A stretch of DNA of 63,690 bases, counting the filler, from Dugesia japonica (taxonomy: Eukaryota), in NCBI GenBank assembly GCA_001938525.1. It is 5 parts of 5 records of this genome, joined end to end, with 100 filler letters (N's around TTAATTAATTAA, not from the genome) between each part and the next. Parts side by side here need not be neighbours in the genome. Positions count along the whole stretch, not along the records: positions 49,319 to 63,690 come from MQRL01641089.1; 4 more parts are not named here. The stretch is one strand, 5' to 3'. The position numbers and the translations under genes were made by a program. Positions 52,630 through 63,690 of the stretch are shown here, in pieces; positions within the stretch are counted from its first letter, which is position 1, and each line of letters starts with the position of its first letter. The notes under the pieces are model-generated. The model was not told the origin of the DNA, made no database searches, and saw only the letters and a program-made list of their open reading frames with translations.

Positions 52630-53655
52630 TAAAATAGTTATATAAACCTGATTGTACTGTTATGGTCCTCAACAAGGCTTACTTAAGAATTAGAATCGAC
52701 AAAGATTTGTGAACATAACAAATTGTACAGTTTGATGACAGGCTATATGTCATGACCAGGCTTGGCTTTGGGTTGAACATTGCACCAAAGGCTATGTCAA
52801 AATTAGTTTAGAGGGTCTTATCGGAAAATAAAAAATTCCTAGCCACAAGTTATATCGACTACCTTTTTATCACGGAAAGAGGTTATGTAGCTAATAAAGT
52901 TGTAGAGCTTTATGAAAGTTATGGATTGACATCAAAACCCGTGGAGAGATTGGGAGTGGGTAAAAATATCAGAGTCTGTGGATTATGACAACCAATGGTG
53001 TAGAAACAGGGATCTACCTAAGTACAAAAATGGCACGCTAACACGAAAAGAGGTACATGGGATCTTTAGTAAGTGGGTTAGTCACGTACCTGTTGGAGTA
53101 TGGTTAATGGTAGCATGTCCGTATATACTACGAACAACGGCAAAGAAGAAACAGGATCGGATGACATTGTATCTTAAAACGATGTAAATATGATTGAGAA
53201 TACTATAGAAATGATTCGAGCAAAAGGTTGATGGACGCTAGAGGAGAAGCAACTGTATGGACTGATACTAGTAGCATTGCATTGGGTGTTAAATTTCAGG
53301 TCGATGATTAAATAATAGAAGATGTTGCATGGCTACGAAAGGAACCAAATTCAAGTAATTTCAATCTCAGCGAATTAAACGCAGCATTACATGGTGTAAA
53401 TAAGTTAATTACATGGGGATTTAAAAATTTTCACATTATTGTGGATTTTCTTACGGTAAATCGCTGGTTAAAGTCCATTTTCAAAAAAATGCGTACAGAA
53501 AAACTCACAACTTGTTCTAACATCTCGTGCGTCAACGGCTGAAATTTTTAAAAGAATTACAGGATCAAGAGATGCTGAATGTTACAGTAGATTTGGAAAA
53601 GTCAGAATAAAATAAACCTGATATACTGACAAGGGTTCCAAAAGATGGCTTAGTT
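52630..53655 (+). mobile_element. LTR-retrotransposon RT-RNase H remnant
   Basis: YVMTRLGFGLNIAPK, TSYIDY, WTDTSSIALGV, IEDVAWLRK, NLSELNAA, NKPDILTRVPKRWL. Confidence 0.85.
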
Positions 53656-53661
53656 ATACGA

Positions 53662-53704
<43 letters not shown>

Positions 53705-53882
53705 NNNNNNNNNNNNNNNNNNNNNNNNNNNNNNNNNNNNNNNNNNNNNNNNNNNNNNNNNNNNNNNNNNNNNNNNNNNNNNNNNNNNNNNNNNNNNNNN
53801 NNNNNNNNNNNNNNNNNNNNNNNNNNNNNNNNNNNNNNNNNNNNNNNNNNNNNNNNNNNNNNNNNNNNNNNNNNNNNNNNNN

Positions 53883-53949
<67 letters not shown>
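53662..53949. repeat. (AAT)n microsatellite spanning a gap
   Basis: Direct observation. Confidence 0.95.
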
Positions 53950-53950
<1 letters not shown>

Positions 53951-54061
53951 CAATTTGGAATATTAAACGATTAGTAATAAATTTATTATCATTAATTTTT
54001 GAAATAATTAAAACTATTTCATCAACTTTTATAAATATTCTGAAACAGTAAATGAATTTTT

Positions 54062-54814
54062 TTAGATTATTGATTTTTGCCGATTATCTTTGTAATGCTT
54101 GAGTTTTGGATAATGTTCCAATACCTTTTGATAACAATGTACTAATTTCGGATGGCTCTGGTATTGAGATTCTTCAAAATGATCCATAACATTTACCAAT
54201 TGTAAATCAGCAAGTGAAGGATGATCGCCGAGGAAGAAATCGCCATTTTTATCTTTAAAATAGTAATCGAGTCTCTACAAAAATATTCCAATAAAATTAG
54301 ATTGAAAATAGATTTTACATCAAGAAATGCAGGCAAATGAGTTTCATTTAATTCATGTTTTAATGTTTCCTTTTTCCCTTCATCTTTCTCGTGGAACACG
54401 TCGATAACTTTATTAANNNNNNNNNNNNNNNNNNNNNNNNNNNNNNNNNNNNNNNNNNNNNNNNNNNNNNNNNNNNNNNNNNNNNNNNNNNNNNNNNNNN
54501 NNNNNNNNNTTTCATTCGATCCGGTTAAATGGTATTTCTTTGCAAAATATCTCGCTATTGCCATGCTTTCATTGATAATTCCTCCACAAGAAAGTTGAAC
54601 AATTGGCAACTGACCTGTTGGAATTGTTGGTTTCAATTGTGGCCATTCTTCGAATTCAATTCTTTTATCTTCAAATTCAACATCGCTTGCGATCAAAACA
54701 AATCGAATCAATTCAGCTTTTCCTCGTACATTAAAATATGTTAACTTTAAAAAAAATCTATATTATTAATATTAAACAAAAACTAATATCGCTTACTATA
54801 ATTTTCTCAGACAT
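54062..54814 (-). CDS. Glutathione S-transferase, sigma-like (exon 1 54814-54797, exon 2 from 54744, last exon 54274-54062)
   Basis: MSEKII-LTYFNVRGKAELIRFVL, PTGQLP, ESMAIARYFAKK, FFLGDHPSLADL...NRQKSII*. One internal N gap. Confidence 0.93.
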
Positions 54815-56007
54815 TATTTGTGAAAATTATTAACGAAAATCCAGTATTTATATTGTTGAACAAAGTCAGAGAAATATTAGATAAATAAATGTTCACATTA
54901 TTCTGGCAGGATTCTTAGTCTTAAATTGATTGGTATTTTTCCACGAATAAACATTAACTATCTATTTTCTTAATTTGATATGTAAGTTGTCGAACTAATT
55001 ATATCGTTAAATTTCAAATCATATCAATAATTCGGATGTGTAGAATTTTCATTAAGATTATTAATGTAAATTTGTGTCAGATTAAAATTGTCGGTCATTA
55101 ATTGTCTGCCATGTTTAATAAATATTTCATTTTCATTGATCTAATGCAATTTTACCATGAAATTATATTGGAATTAATATATTCATTGAAATAACCGACC
55201 CTATTTATGTTGATTTTGAAAAAAAAAAATTAAATAAAAAAATCAATAAAATGAATTAATAATAAATTTAACTACTAAAATGGGTTTTATTGCAACTGTT
55301 ATAGTTTTCAATAAAAATTCAAGCTATTAAGACTATCTATTAATTTAAATAAGTTAAAATAACAAAATCAATATACTTGATATCTGATGTAAACAAGAAA
55401 CTTGTACTTTAACTTTACAGACATCATTTGTGATAATAGTTCATATAAATTCACGTGTCTATATATTAATAATACCATATAAAATGACCCAGAAATTGTA
55501 TTTGGTGTTATTAAAGTTTACATCTTCACCTAACTATAAAATATTGTTGACTATATTTTATATTATGCGTGTATATATCTAATGAAGTGATTAGTCATTC
55601 CTGTGAAATTGATAAACAAGGGTCTGGAAATATTACAATCAAATTGATATTTTCATCGATTTGATATCAATTTAAAATTTTTGAATGAAAGCCAATGAAA
55701 TTCAACCAATCTGATTTGAAAGAATAATAAGAGAACATCTATAGCAGTGCTGCCGAACTAGGCGATCGCGACCTACCAACAACAAATTCTACAACAAACT
55801 GAAAATGTTAACTTCTAAAAAAAATCTTTTTTGCAAGCAAAAATAATAATTAAAATAATTAGGGAAGCAATACCGAATTCTTCGTTTTGTTTGCTTTTTT
55901 GTTTTTTACTGTTCTTCGCTTTTTTTGTTTTTTCATTATTAAATATCAGCAAGTGTTTTATTTTATTTATATGCCTTATTTTAAATTTAATTTTACAATA
56001 GCAATTA

Positions 56008-56200
56008 TTATTATTGCGAGAATAATTGTTGGACATAACCATTGATCGTTTTTCAGAATTAATTTTAAGTAAAAGCTTCGATCAAAATTTTTGTTTTTTT
56101 TTATTGATATTTGATAACAATTCAATTGATATTGAAGTGTTATTAAATATCAATAAAAAAAGAAAAATTTTGATCGAATGTTTCATTTTAAATGAATTTT
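56008..56200. repeat. Inverted-pair copy of the Penelope-like repeat family with the ribozyme cores lost
   Basis: ATTATTGCGAGAATAATTGTTGGACATAACCATTGAT matches 18298-18333. AAAAGCTTCGATCAAAA...TTTTGATCGAA arms around 56125. Confidence 0.7.
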
Positions 56201-56440
56201 AATTTTACTTGCCTATTTTACGTAGGTTAGGCACTGAAAATTTTAAAACACTCGATTTTTGCCGTTTATTTGATTAATGTTTAGTATTTGTTTGAATATT
56301 TAAGTTTCGATTTAGAATTTACGGGACTAACTGTTATTATTTTGGTATTTATATTATTTAAAATTATTTTATTTATAATATTATTTACTAATTTTCTTGT
56401 TCCTGTACATAGATTTATTTAATTTTCCAGAGTCCTAATC

Positions 56441-56740
56441 ATGGGCGTTACAAAAAAAGTAAAATCTACAATTATCACGATGAATGGGAACATGATTACT
56501 TTTTTATTATGTCTAATATTACATGCTGTTGTTTAATATGTTTCTCGTCTGTAGCAATTCCAATAAAGGGCAATTTGGAGAGACATTTTCAAACAATGCA
56601 TGCAAAATATGATGCAGAATATCCAAAAAAATACTAAAATACGTGAGGCAAAAATTCAAGATTTGAAAAAGCAAATTTCTTTGCAGAAGATCAAATTTTG
56701 TGAAAATTACGAATAAAAAAGTTGCAGCATCTTTGTCTTC
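56441..56740 (+). mobile_element. hAT (SPIN/GTF2IRD2-like) transposase N-terminal zinc-finger fragment
   Basis: YHDEWEHDYFF...CCLIC...KGNLERHFQTMH. Confidence 0.8.
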
Positions 56741-57059
56741 ATAATCCCTGTGAGTATCGATTCATGAATTTCGGATGTCTGAGATTTTTTAATTTTTATA
56801 TTTAATATTAAGATTGGTTTNNNNNNNNNNNNNNNNNNNNNNNNNNNNNNNNNNNNNNNNNNNNNNNNNNNNNNNNNNNNNNNNNNNNNNNNNNNNNNNN
56901 NNNNNNNNNNNNNNNNNNNNNNNNNNNNNNNNNNNNNNNNNNNNNNNNNNNNNNNNNNNNNNNNNNNNNNNNNNNNNNNNNNNNGAATTTAAAAAAACCA
57001 ATATTTTTGAAAAATATTTTATTAAGATTTCTCTGATTATTTGTTTGAAATTTGTGAAG

Positions 57060-60000
57060 AATCGCAAGAACTGTTATTTCCAAGAATAACAAAATTCTCA
57101 GGAAATTATGATGAAGATCGAATTGCATGGTTGTAAAGGAATCGAAACGTTCTCAGCCACAAATAACTTCAACCTCATGTCAACTTTTGATTTTTAATTA
57201 GATGGCAACAATAAGGATTTATGGCTAGTTTTTAAATCACGAACCAAAATAGACGACAAATCAACAAATAAAAGTTCGTCAAAGATAAATATTTTTACGA
57301 ATGATTGAGGATTTCAGTATAATCAATCAAATGACTGATGAAAGATGTAAAAATTTTGAATTACAAGTTACAAGAGCTTTGAAGGAAATATTCGAATCCG
57401 GATTATCAATGAAAGAAATTGTGACGCAAGTAATCCAGGAAAGAGTAAAATCTCAAGATTTAAAAAAAGCCTTTACCCTGCAACCAGCTTTGAATGCTGA
57501 TGATATGCGACAGTTAGCTGAAAATTATGAAAAAACGATGAGATTGAGGAAAAGTCATCAGTCAATAAATTATCATACTCTAAAGTGACAGCAGCTAATT
57601 ACCGCACAATGTCAAAGAGAATGGATACAGGAAGAATTACATGCAAATTCTGGATAGACCAATGACAGCAAGGCCAGCTCCTGTTGGTTTTGATCTAGAA
57701 AGAAATTCTCAAATTAAATACAAAAGCAAATCCAGAGAAACTCGCCGACGACATCCATGAAATTCATTGCTAGAAAGCTGTATAATTAAACCAAAGGTTT
57801 TCCACCTCCAAGAGAAGAGATTTTGAGACCAGGTATGTGTTTTTGTTTAGGTTCAATTAGACATTTCCATAATAATTGTCCTGTAAAAGGTTGTTGTTTA
57901 ATTTGTGGAAAATCGGGACATAATTTTAGAAGTTGTAGACTGCTTGGGAAATAGTACCACAGAAACTATGTTAGATGTATTGCGGATGAATCTAATGAAA
58001 AAGATGCAGTAGATGTAATATGTGATGAATCAGATGATTTACCACATGATGTGAACTATTTAAACGAGAAGGACTTCACTGTTACAATTTCGTCTGTGGA
58101 GTCAAGATAGTAAGAACAAATCAAAATCGAAATTTAAACGTAGAAGACGAGATGTATGTGAAGACCGATAGAAAAATTTTGAGCGTTGTTAAAGTGGATG
58201 ATAGTAATATAGAGATGTGATTGTACACATGAGCATCGATTTCAGTAATGGATATGAATGCTTGTAAAAGATGTGGTTCGTTTCCATTGGAAAACTCAGA
58301 GATAAAACTGAGTGGAGCATTTTAAAAGGAAGCCGTTAAATGCTTAGGCGTTGAAAAGTGAAAACTGAGTACCATAATATGAACGAAACTGTCAGTTTAA
58401 TGACAGTACAGAGTATAAACCCAGAGTTCATTGTTGGAATAGACATGTTCAAAGGTTTTAATATTCAACTAAAGATGATTGGATTAATCGAGTCAGATAA
58501 TGTAATGTGTGATGTTTCTGATGAGGATCGTTTAAGAATCTTTATGGACATTTTCAAACAAAGAGATGACACTTTGAAAATATTATTAACGCGTTTAGCC
58601 TCGATATTTATAGCCCATACGTTTGACCTGAGTAAAACATACCTTGTTAAAAATCCTATCCAAACAACTGGAAATTCTGTCTAGCAACAACCAAGACGAC
58701 AACCGATGCATCTAGAAGGCAAGATTGATGAGATGATTGAAACACTTGTCAAAAGCGGAATTATAAAAGAATGCAGTAGCCCGTTGAACTCACCTATGGT
58801 GATTGTTAATAAAAAGAATGTAGCTATTAGTATGTGTCAGGATTTCAGATTATTGAATGAAGCAACTGATACGTTTTTGTTTCCTATGCCAGATCCTTAA
58901 ATGTTATTCGTTCATCTTAGTGAGGGTACCATTTTCTCAACACTAGATATAGGCCAAACGTATTATCAAGTCGAACTAGAAGAAGAGGATAAAATTAAAA
59001 CCGCTTTTTTACAAAGAAAAGTCAGTACTGCTATAATTGCATGCCATTCGGCCTATCAACCGCTCCAGCTACGTTTCAAAAATTAATGCATACAAATTTT
59101 TCAAATATTCTATTTAAAGGCTTTGTAGTTTATATAGATGATATTATAATCTTCGCGAAAAATTCGAAGGAATATCATTGCATTCTATGAAAAGTATTTC
59201 AAAGAATTCAAGAATCTGGTCTTAAAGTAAATACAGCCAAATGTAAACTCTATCAAGAGGAGCTCGTGTTTTTGGGTCATACAATAAATGAATTCGGATT
59301 AAAACCAAATTCAGAAAAAGTCAATGAGATTGTTAATGCTGGAATTCCAAAATGTACTAAACTGTTGCGATCTTTTCTTGGAATGGCGAATTATTAAAGG
59401 AAATTTATAAAGAATTTTTCGCAACTTGCTTCACCTTTATATGCTGTTACAGAAGTTCAAAGGCAAAAAGAGATAATGTGGACAAAAGAATGCGAGACAA
59501 GTTTCGGGAAAATTAAGGAAGCTCTCCAGTATTCAGAAGGTCAATTTATTCTGGATACTGATGCCAGTTTTTTTGGGAATTAAGGCTTTAATGAGCTAAT
59601 CACAAAAGGTATGGAAGTCGTTATAGAATATGAATAAAGGTTGTTGAACGCACGTGAAAAAGGATATTGTGTGACCAGGAAGGAGTTATTGGCTCTTTAT
59701 GAATTTATTCGACATTTTCGGCATTATCTTTATGGGAAGGGTTTTGTCGCAAGAACCGATCACAAAGCTTTAGAGTTTATAAAGAATTCGAAAAAACCAA
59801 TTAAGCCGCAGTTTCAGACTTAGATGAACGAGTTATCAGAATATGATTTCGTATTGAAGTATAGAAAAGGAGAACATCTTTCCAATGCTGACGTTATGTC
59901 AAGACTGGCATCTAGTTATTGTTCACAATGCCAGACCGAACATGAAAATACCAAGTCTAAATCGTCTGAGGTAAAATATTTAATTGTTATGAACATTTTC

Positions 60001-61110
60001 TAAAGTGATTCGCACAATTACATAAAGAAATTTAAAGAAGACGAATTATTTAAGGAAATCAAAATGTATTTGATGGAAAAATCTGTTAAATTATCAGAAA
60101 CATTAAAATCCTCCCAGTATTTTAAATATTTAGATAGGTTTTTAATTGAAGACGATATGCTGTTAATTGAGTCAGATGATGAACAAAAGATAATGGTTTC
60201 CAAAAGATGTGTAACTAATTTTGTGAACAAAATTCATAAACATTTATGTCATGTTGAAATAAAGAAACAACAAAATATGTATCTGATTATTTCTTCTGGC
60301 CGAATATGATTACGAATATTCAGAATACTATCAGACAATGTCATTTTTGTATGCACAGGAAGGTTAGTAGTGAGAAAGTTAAGAAAAACTTTATACCAAG
60401 ATACGCAGCTAATCCAATGGAACAAATCGTGGTAGATATTGCATATATTTATATCAGTAAATCCTACAAAAAATACAGGATAGTCATAATTGATAAGTTC
60501 AGCAAGTTAGTCAGTCTTTATGCAGCCGCAAATCAAAACAAAAACACAATCAAAGGTGCATTGTTAAATAACTGGATTTACAGATATGTAAAACCTAAAC
60601 CCATTCTTTCTGATCGAGGAAGAGTGTTTGAAGGAAAGGTTTTACAAGAGTTGGCTTCAAGATTCCATATTTCATAGATATTTACATCTCCCCGTGAGCA
60701 TAAGTCAAATGGTTTAGCAGAACACGCAATTAAAACTGTCAGAGATATGATAGTAACATCTTTGAAATCTGGAGAAGAAGAGAAGTGTTGAAATGAAATT
60801 CTTCCAAAAGTTGAGTTTTTATTCAATTGCACGATATCAAAGGCAACAGAATTTTCTCCGATGGAAGTTATATATGGCAGGAAAACTAATATTCATTCAA
60901 CTAAAGAATTCAAGAATAACGGTATAGAAGTTCTGGAATAGGCCGAAAGTAACCTAAAAGAAGCTTCGAAAAAAATAATGAATCAAGAAGGAAATCGAGT
61001 TGAAAGGGCCTTTCGAAATTATGGAATTCCTATCAGCTCATCAAGTAAGATTGCAGAATTCAGAAGATTCCAAATATAGGCGTATAGAATGGCTGAAAAG
61101 GTGTTAAAGA
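57060..61110 (+). mobile_element. Decayed near-complete Gypsy internal region (gag, protease, RT, RNase H, integrase)
   Basis: CLICGKSGHNFRSC knuckle, FSTLDIGQTYYQ, VYIDDIIIF, LDTDAS, YCVTRKELLA, RTDHKAL, IIDKFSK, SDRGRVF, SNGLAE. Confidence 0.93.
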
Positions 61111-61269
61111 TCTGGAAGAGACGGATAAGTTGGAAATTTATGTGACCTTGAAGTTTTGTTTATATATTAAAGTGTAAATAATAAAAATATATTTTCAAAT
61201 TTAAAGATGTCTGTTATTACTGATTTAACTTTAATTTTTCCCAAACTCATTCTACCACGACGGCGATAT

Positions 61270-61520
61270 CATTTTCTCGAACAAATTCTTCATTTGTAAT
61301 CTCATTTTTTCGAACTATCTTTCTACATTTTTGACGTAAGTTTTCTTGGACAATATTTTTACATATTTGGATGTTAATTTTCTCAAACAATTTTACACTG
61401 AAGAGATGATTTCTTAGTGATTCTGTATTAAATTGTGTAAAATTGTTCGAAAAGATTAACATCCAAAAATGTAAAAAGATTGTTCGAGAAAATGTGATCA
61501 CAAATGAAGAATCGCTTTTC
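61270..61520. repeat. Imperfect foldback built from short subrepeats
   Basis: ATTCTTCATTTGTAATC...TTCGAAC...ACATTTTTG mirrored by CAAAATGT...GTTCGA...GATCACAAATGAAGAAT. Centre is about 61415. Confidence 0.6.
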
Positions 61521-63249
61521 TTGAAATATCCTTTTTGCAATTTTGATATTAATTTTCTCGAACCATTTTAGGTTCTAAAGGTCTCATTTTTTTTGAAAAA
61601 TCTTTTTTGCATTTTGGGTGTTAATTTTCTTGAACCATTTTTACATTTTGTCTATCTTGGGAGCCCGATCATCTGGTTCTTTAGGGTACACTCGGATCAT
61701 AAAAATGGTTGCATAAAATTATGGTTGTTATTAATAATAATAGCAAATCTTGACAGAATATTATTAGTTGCCATAAAAATTGTTCTAAAAGTGTTTTTAA
61801 CAAATAGTTTTGAAAAAGTAGTTTTCAAATAAAATTTTTAAAAGAGTGTTAAATAAAAGTTTTTTGTAAAAAGAGTGTTCATTTCTTTCGTGCATATCAT
61901 TTTTATTTCGTTTCTCCAACCAGAGATTGGGGCTGCTTATTAGCCAGCCAATCATCCTCGAGTTTTTCCGAATCCGGATTTTTGATTGGGTGACGCCCTA
62001 CCATTACTCGGTGTGTTCTTCTCTTCTCTTTCTCGCTTGGATAGCCATTTTTGCGCACACCAATTCGTACTTTTTGATGCCACTCAGTTTTCAACTGTTC
62101 ATCTCATATGATCTCTGACGATGCTATTTACTACGATAATTCTTTATTTGGTTTAGGGTGAGTAACTTGTTTTGTTACTAATTCTGGATTTTATTCACTC
62201 TAACCAAACAAACATTGATGACTGGATCAGCCAATTTTAAATTAATTAAAAACATAATACTAATATTAAACGCTAATTAGCGTGAAAATAATAAAGAAAA
62301 TAGGTCGTAGAGACCCCTTTAAAATATTATTATAGTATTTTATACTAGTTTTATTATTTATTTAGTCATTCTCATCTGATTTATCGTCAAATTTATTTTC
62401 AACTTCCAAAATAGGGTCCTCTACTCCCAATTTTTATTTTTCTCTATNNNNNNNNNNNNNNNNNNNNNNNNNNNNNNNNNNNNNNNNNNNNNNNNNNNNN
62501 NNNNNNNNNNNNNNNNNNNNNNNNNNNNNNNNNNNNNNNNNNNNNNNNNNNNNNNNNNNNNNNNNNNNNNNNNNNNNNNNNNNNNNNNNNNNNNNNNNNN
62601 NNNNNNNNNNNNNNNNNNNNNNNNNNNNNNNNNNNNNNNNNNNNNNNNNNNNNNNNNNNNNNNNNNNNNNNNNNNNNNNNNNNNNNNCTGGTCTAGCACT
62701 AATAAATTTCCTAATTTTCTTCTCGTTTTTCGTGTTTGTTATTTATTTGTTCGAAAACTTTTAACTCTTTGTTACTCAAATTTTTAGGCGTTCAGCCCAA
62801 TATACGTTTTTTTTTACTTTTACTTAATTATTCGGATTTTTAATGAAATTAGTAATCAATTACTAACCGTCCAAGATTTGCATTAAGAAAATAGTGAGGA
62901 GGGGGTTTTAAGATGTTTGATAATTATTGACAAAGAGAGAGGGGTCGAAAATAAATTGGCATCAACAATTTTTTGTACAATAAATTTAATAAATAAAAAA
63001 GTTAGTTGATATGGTACAAATCAATTAACCTGCACACAGTTCATCATTTTAATCCTTAACTGATTAAAGTTTTATTACGCGCACGTCAGAAATTAAACAA
63101 AGGGTCATTGGACGACAAAATTACATTTTTATAGGTTACAAAATATCCTGGACTGGATATTAAAGGATTAATACAGAAAATGTGAGTGTTTTAAAATAAT
63201 TAATTCTCAATAAAAAGAATAAAATTTTAATAAATAGCATCCACATTAT

Positions 63250-63690
63250 TACAGAAATGTCAGTTTATATAAAGTATTGCCATTCACGTGTTAATCAACA
63301 CATTCATAAATTCTTTAACTAGAATTTCTTCCTTCATTTTTTTTAAAACTGTGATATTGGATTCCCAACCTTTTGGCATAATTCCTTATAGATTCGTACT
63401 ATTTTGCTTTGTCTCAAAGACACCCATTGTCACGCTTATCTTTGAATTTTTGACTGCGTATAATTTTATTAGAAATTCTTTGTGGCATTCTATAGTTTGT
63501 TCAGATTTGTCGAATTTTTGATCGCATCTTATTTCTCTTAGATGATCTTTGTCAAAGTATTTCAAGAATATTGTGTTCTTCTTGCTTTCAGTGATACTGA
63601 AATCATCCCATAGTTGGACAAATTCTTTAACTGCTTTTAAGTGCTTCTTGATCGTTGTAGGGTTCTCTCTATTTTTCTTGAAAACAAATA
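63250..63690 (-). mobile_element. Possible retrotransposon gag remnant running off the window end
   Basis: Long, nearly open helical frame KHLKAVKEFVQLWDDFSITESKKNTIFLKY...; no diagnostic motif. Confidence 0.3.

Noticed and set aside
53654-53953. Poly-Tyr ORF and other X-filled ORFs in the track
   Set aside because: These arise from an (AAT)n microsatellite and N gaps.
57105-57155. ATGATGA...GAAACGTT hammerhead-like string
   Set aside because: The first core base is wrong, no stem I forms, and it lies in Gypsy gag coding sequence.

Overview
AT-rich, transposon-dense eukaryotic DNA with many gaps and short (about 40-55 nt) GT-AG introns. The style suggests a planarian or other flatworm draft assembly, which is an inference only. 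Host genes are the 3' penta-EF-hand part of a calpain-family gene (+, 77-4965), an intact three-domain gelsolin/severin gene (-, 31148-32648), two tandem sigma-like glutathione S-transferases (-, about 49.5-50.4 kb and 54.1-54.8 kb) and an RPL3 pseudogene fragment. The rest is mostly decayed Gypsy-type LTR retrotransposons, Tc1/mariner and hAT elements. Three things stand out. (1) A decayed Polinton/Maverick (adintovirus-like) endogenous virus at about 8.2-17.3 kb carries a packaging ATPase, integrase and minor capsid, plus a TATA-binding-protein-like gene and several small orphan genes, one apparently spliced. (2) A dispersed repeat family carries minimal hammerhead-ribozyme motifs in head-to-head pairs, as in Penelope-like elements. 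(3) A Gypsy pol is extended in frame by a tandemly duplicated, unrecognised Cys/His domain. Four artificial TTAATTAATTAA linkers inside N gaps mean adjacency across those points is not supported by sequence. All calls come from manual translation and motif recognition; no database searches were run.
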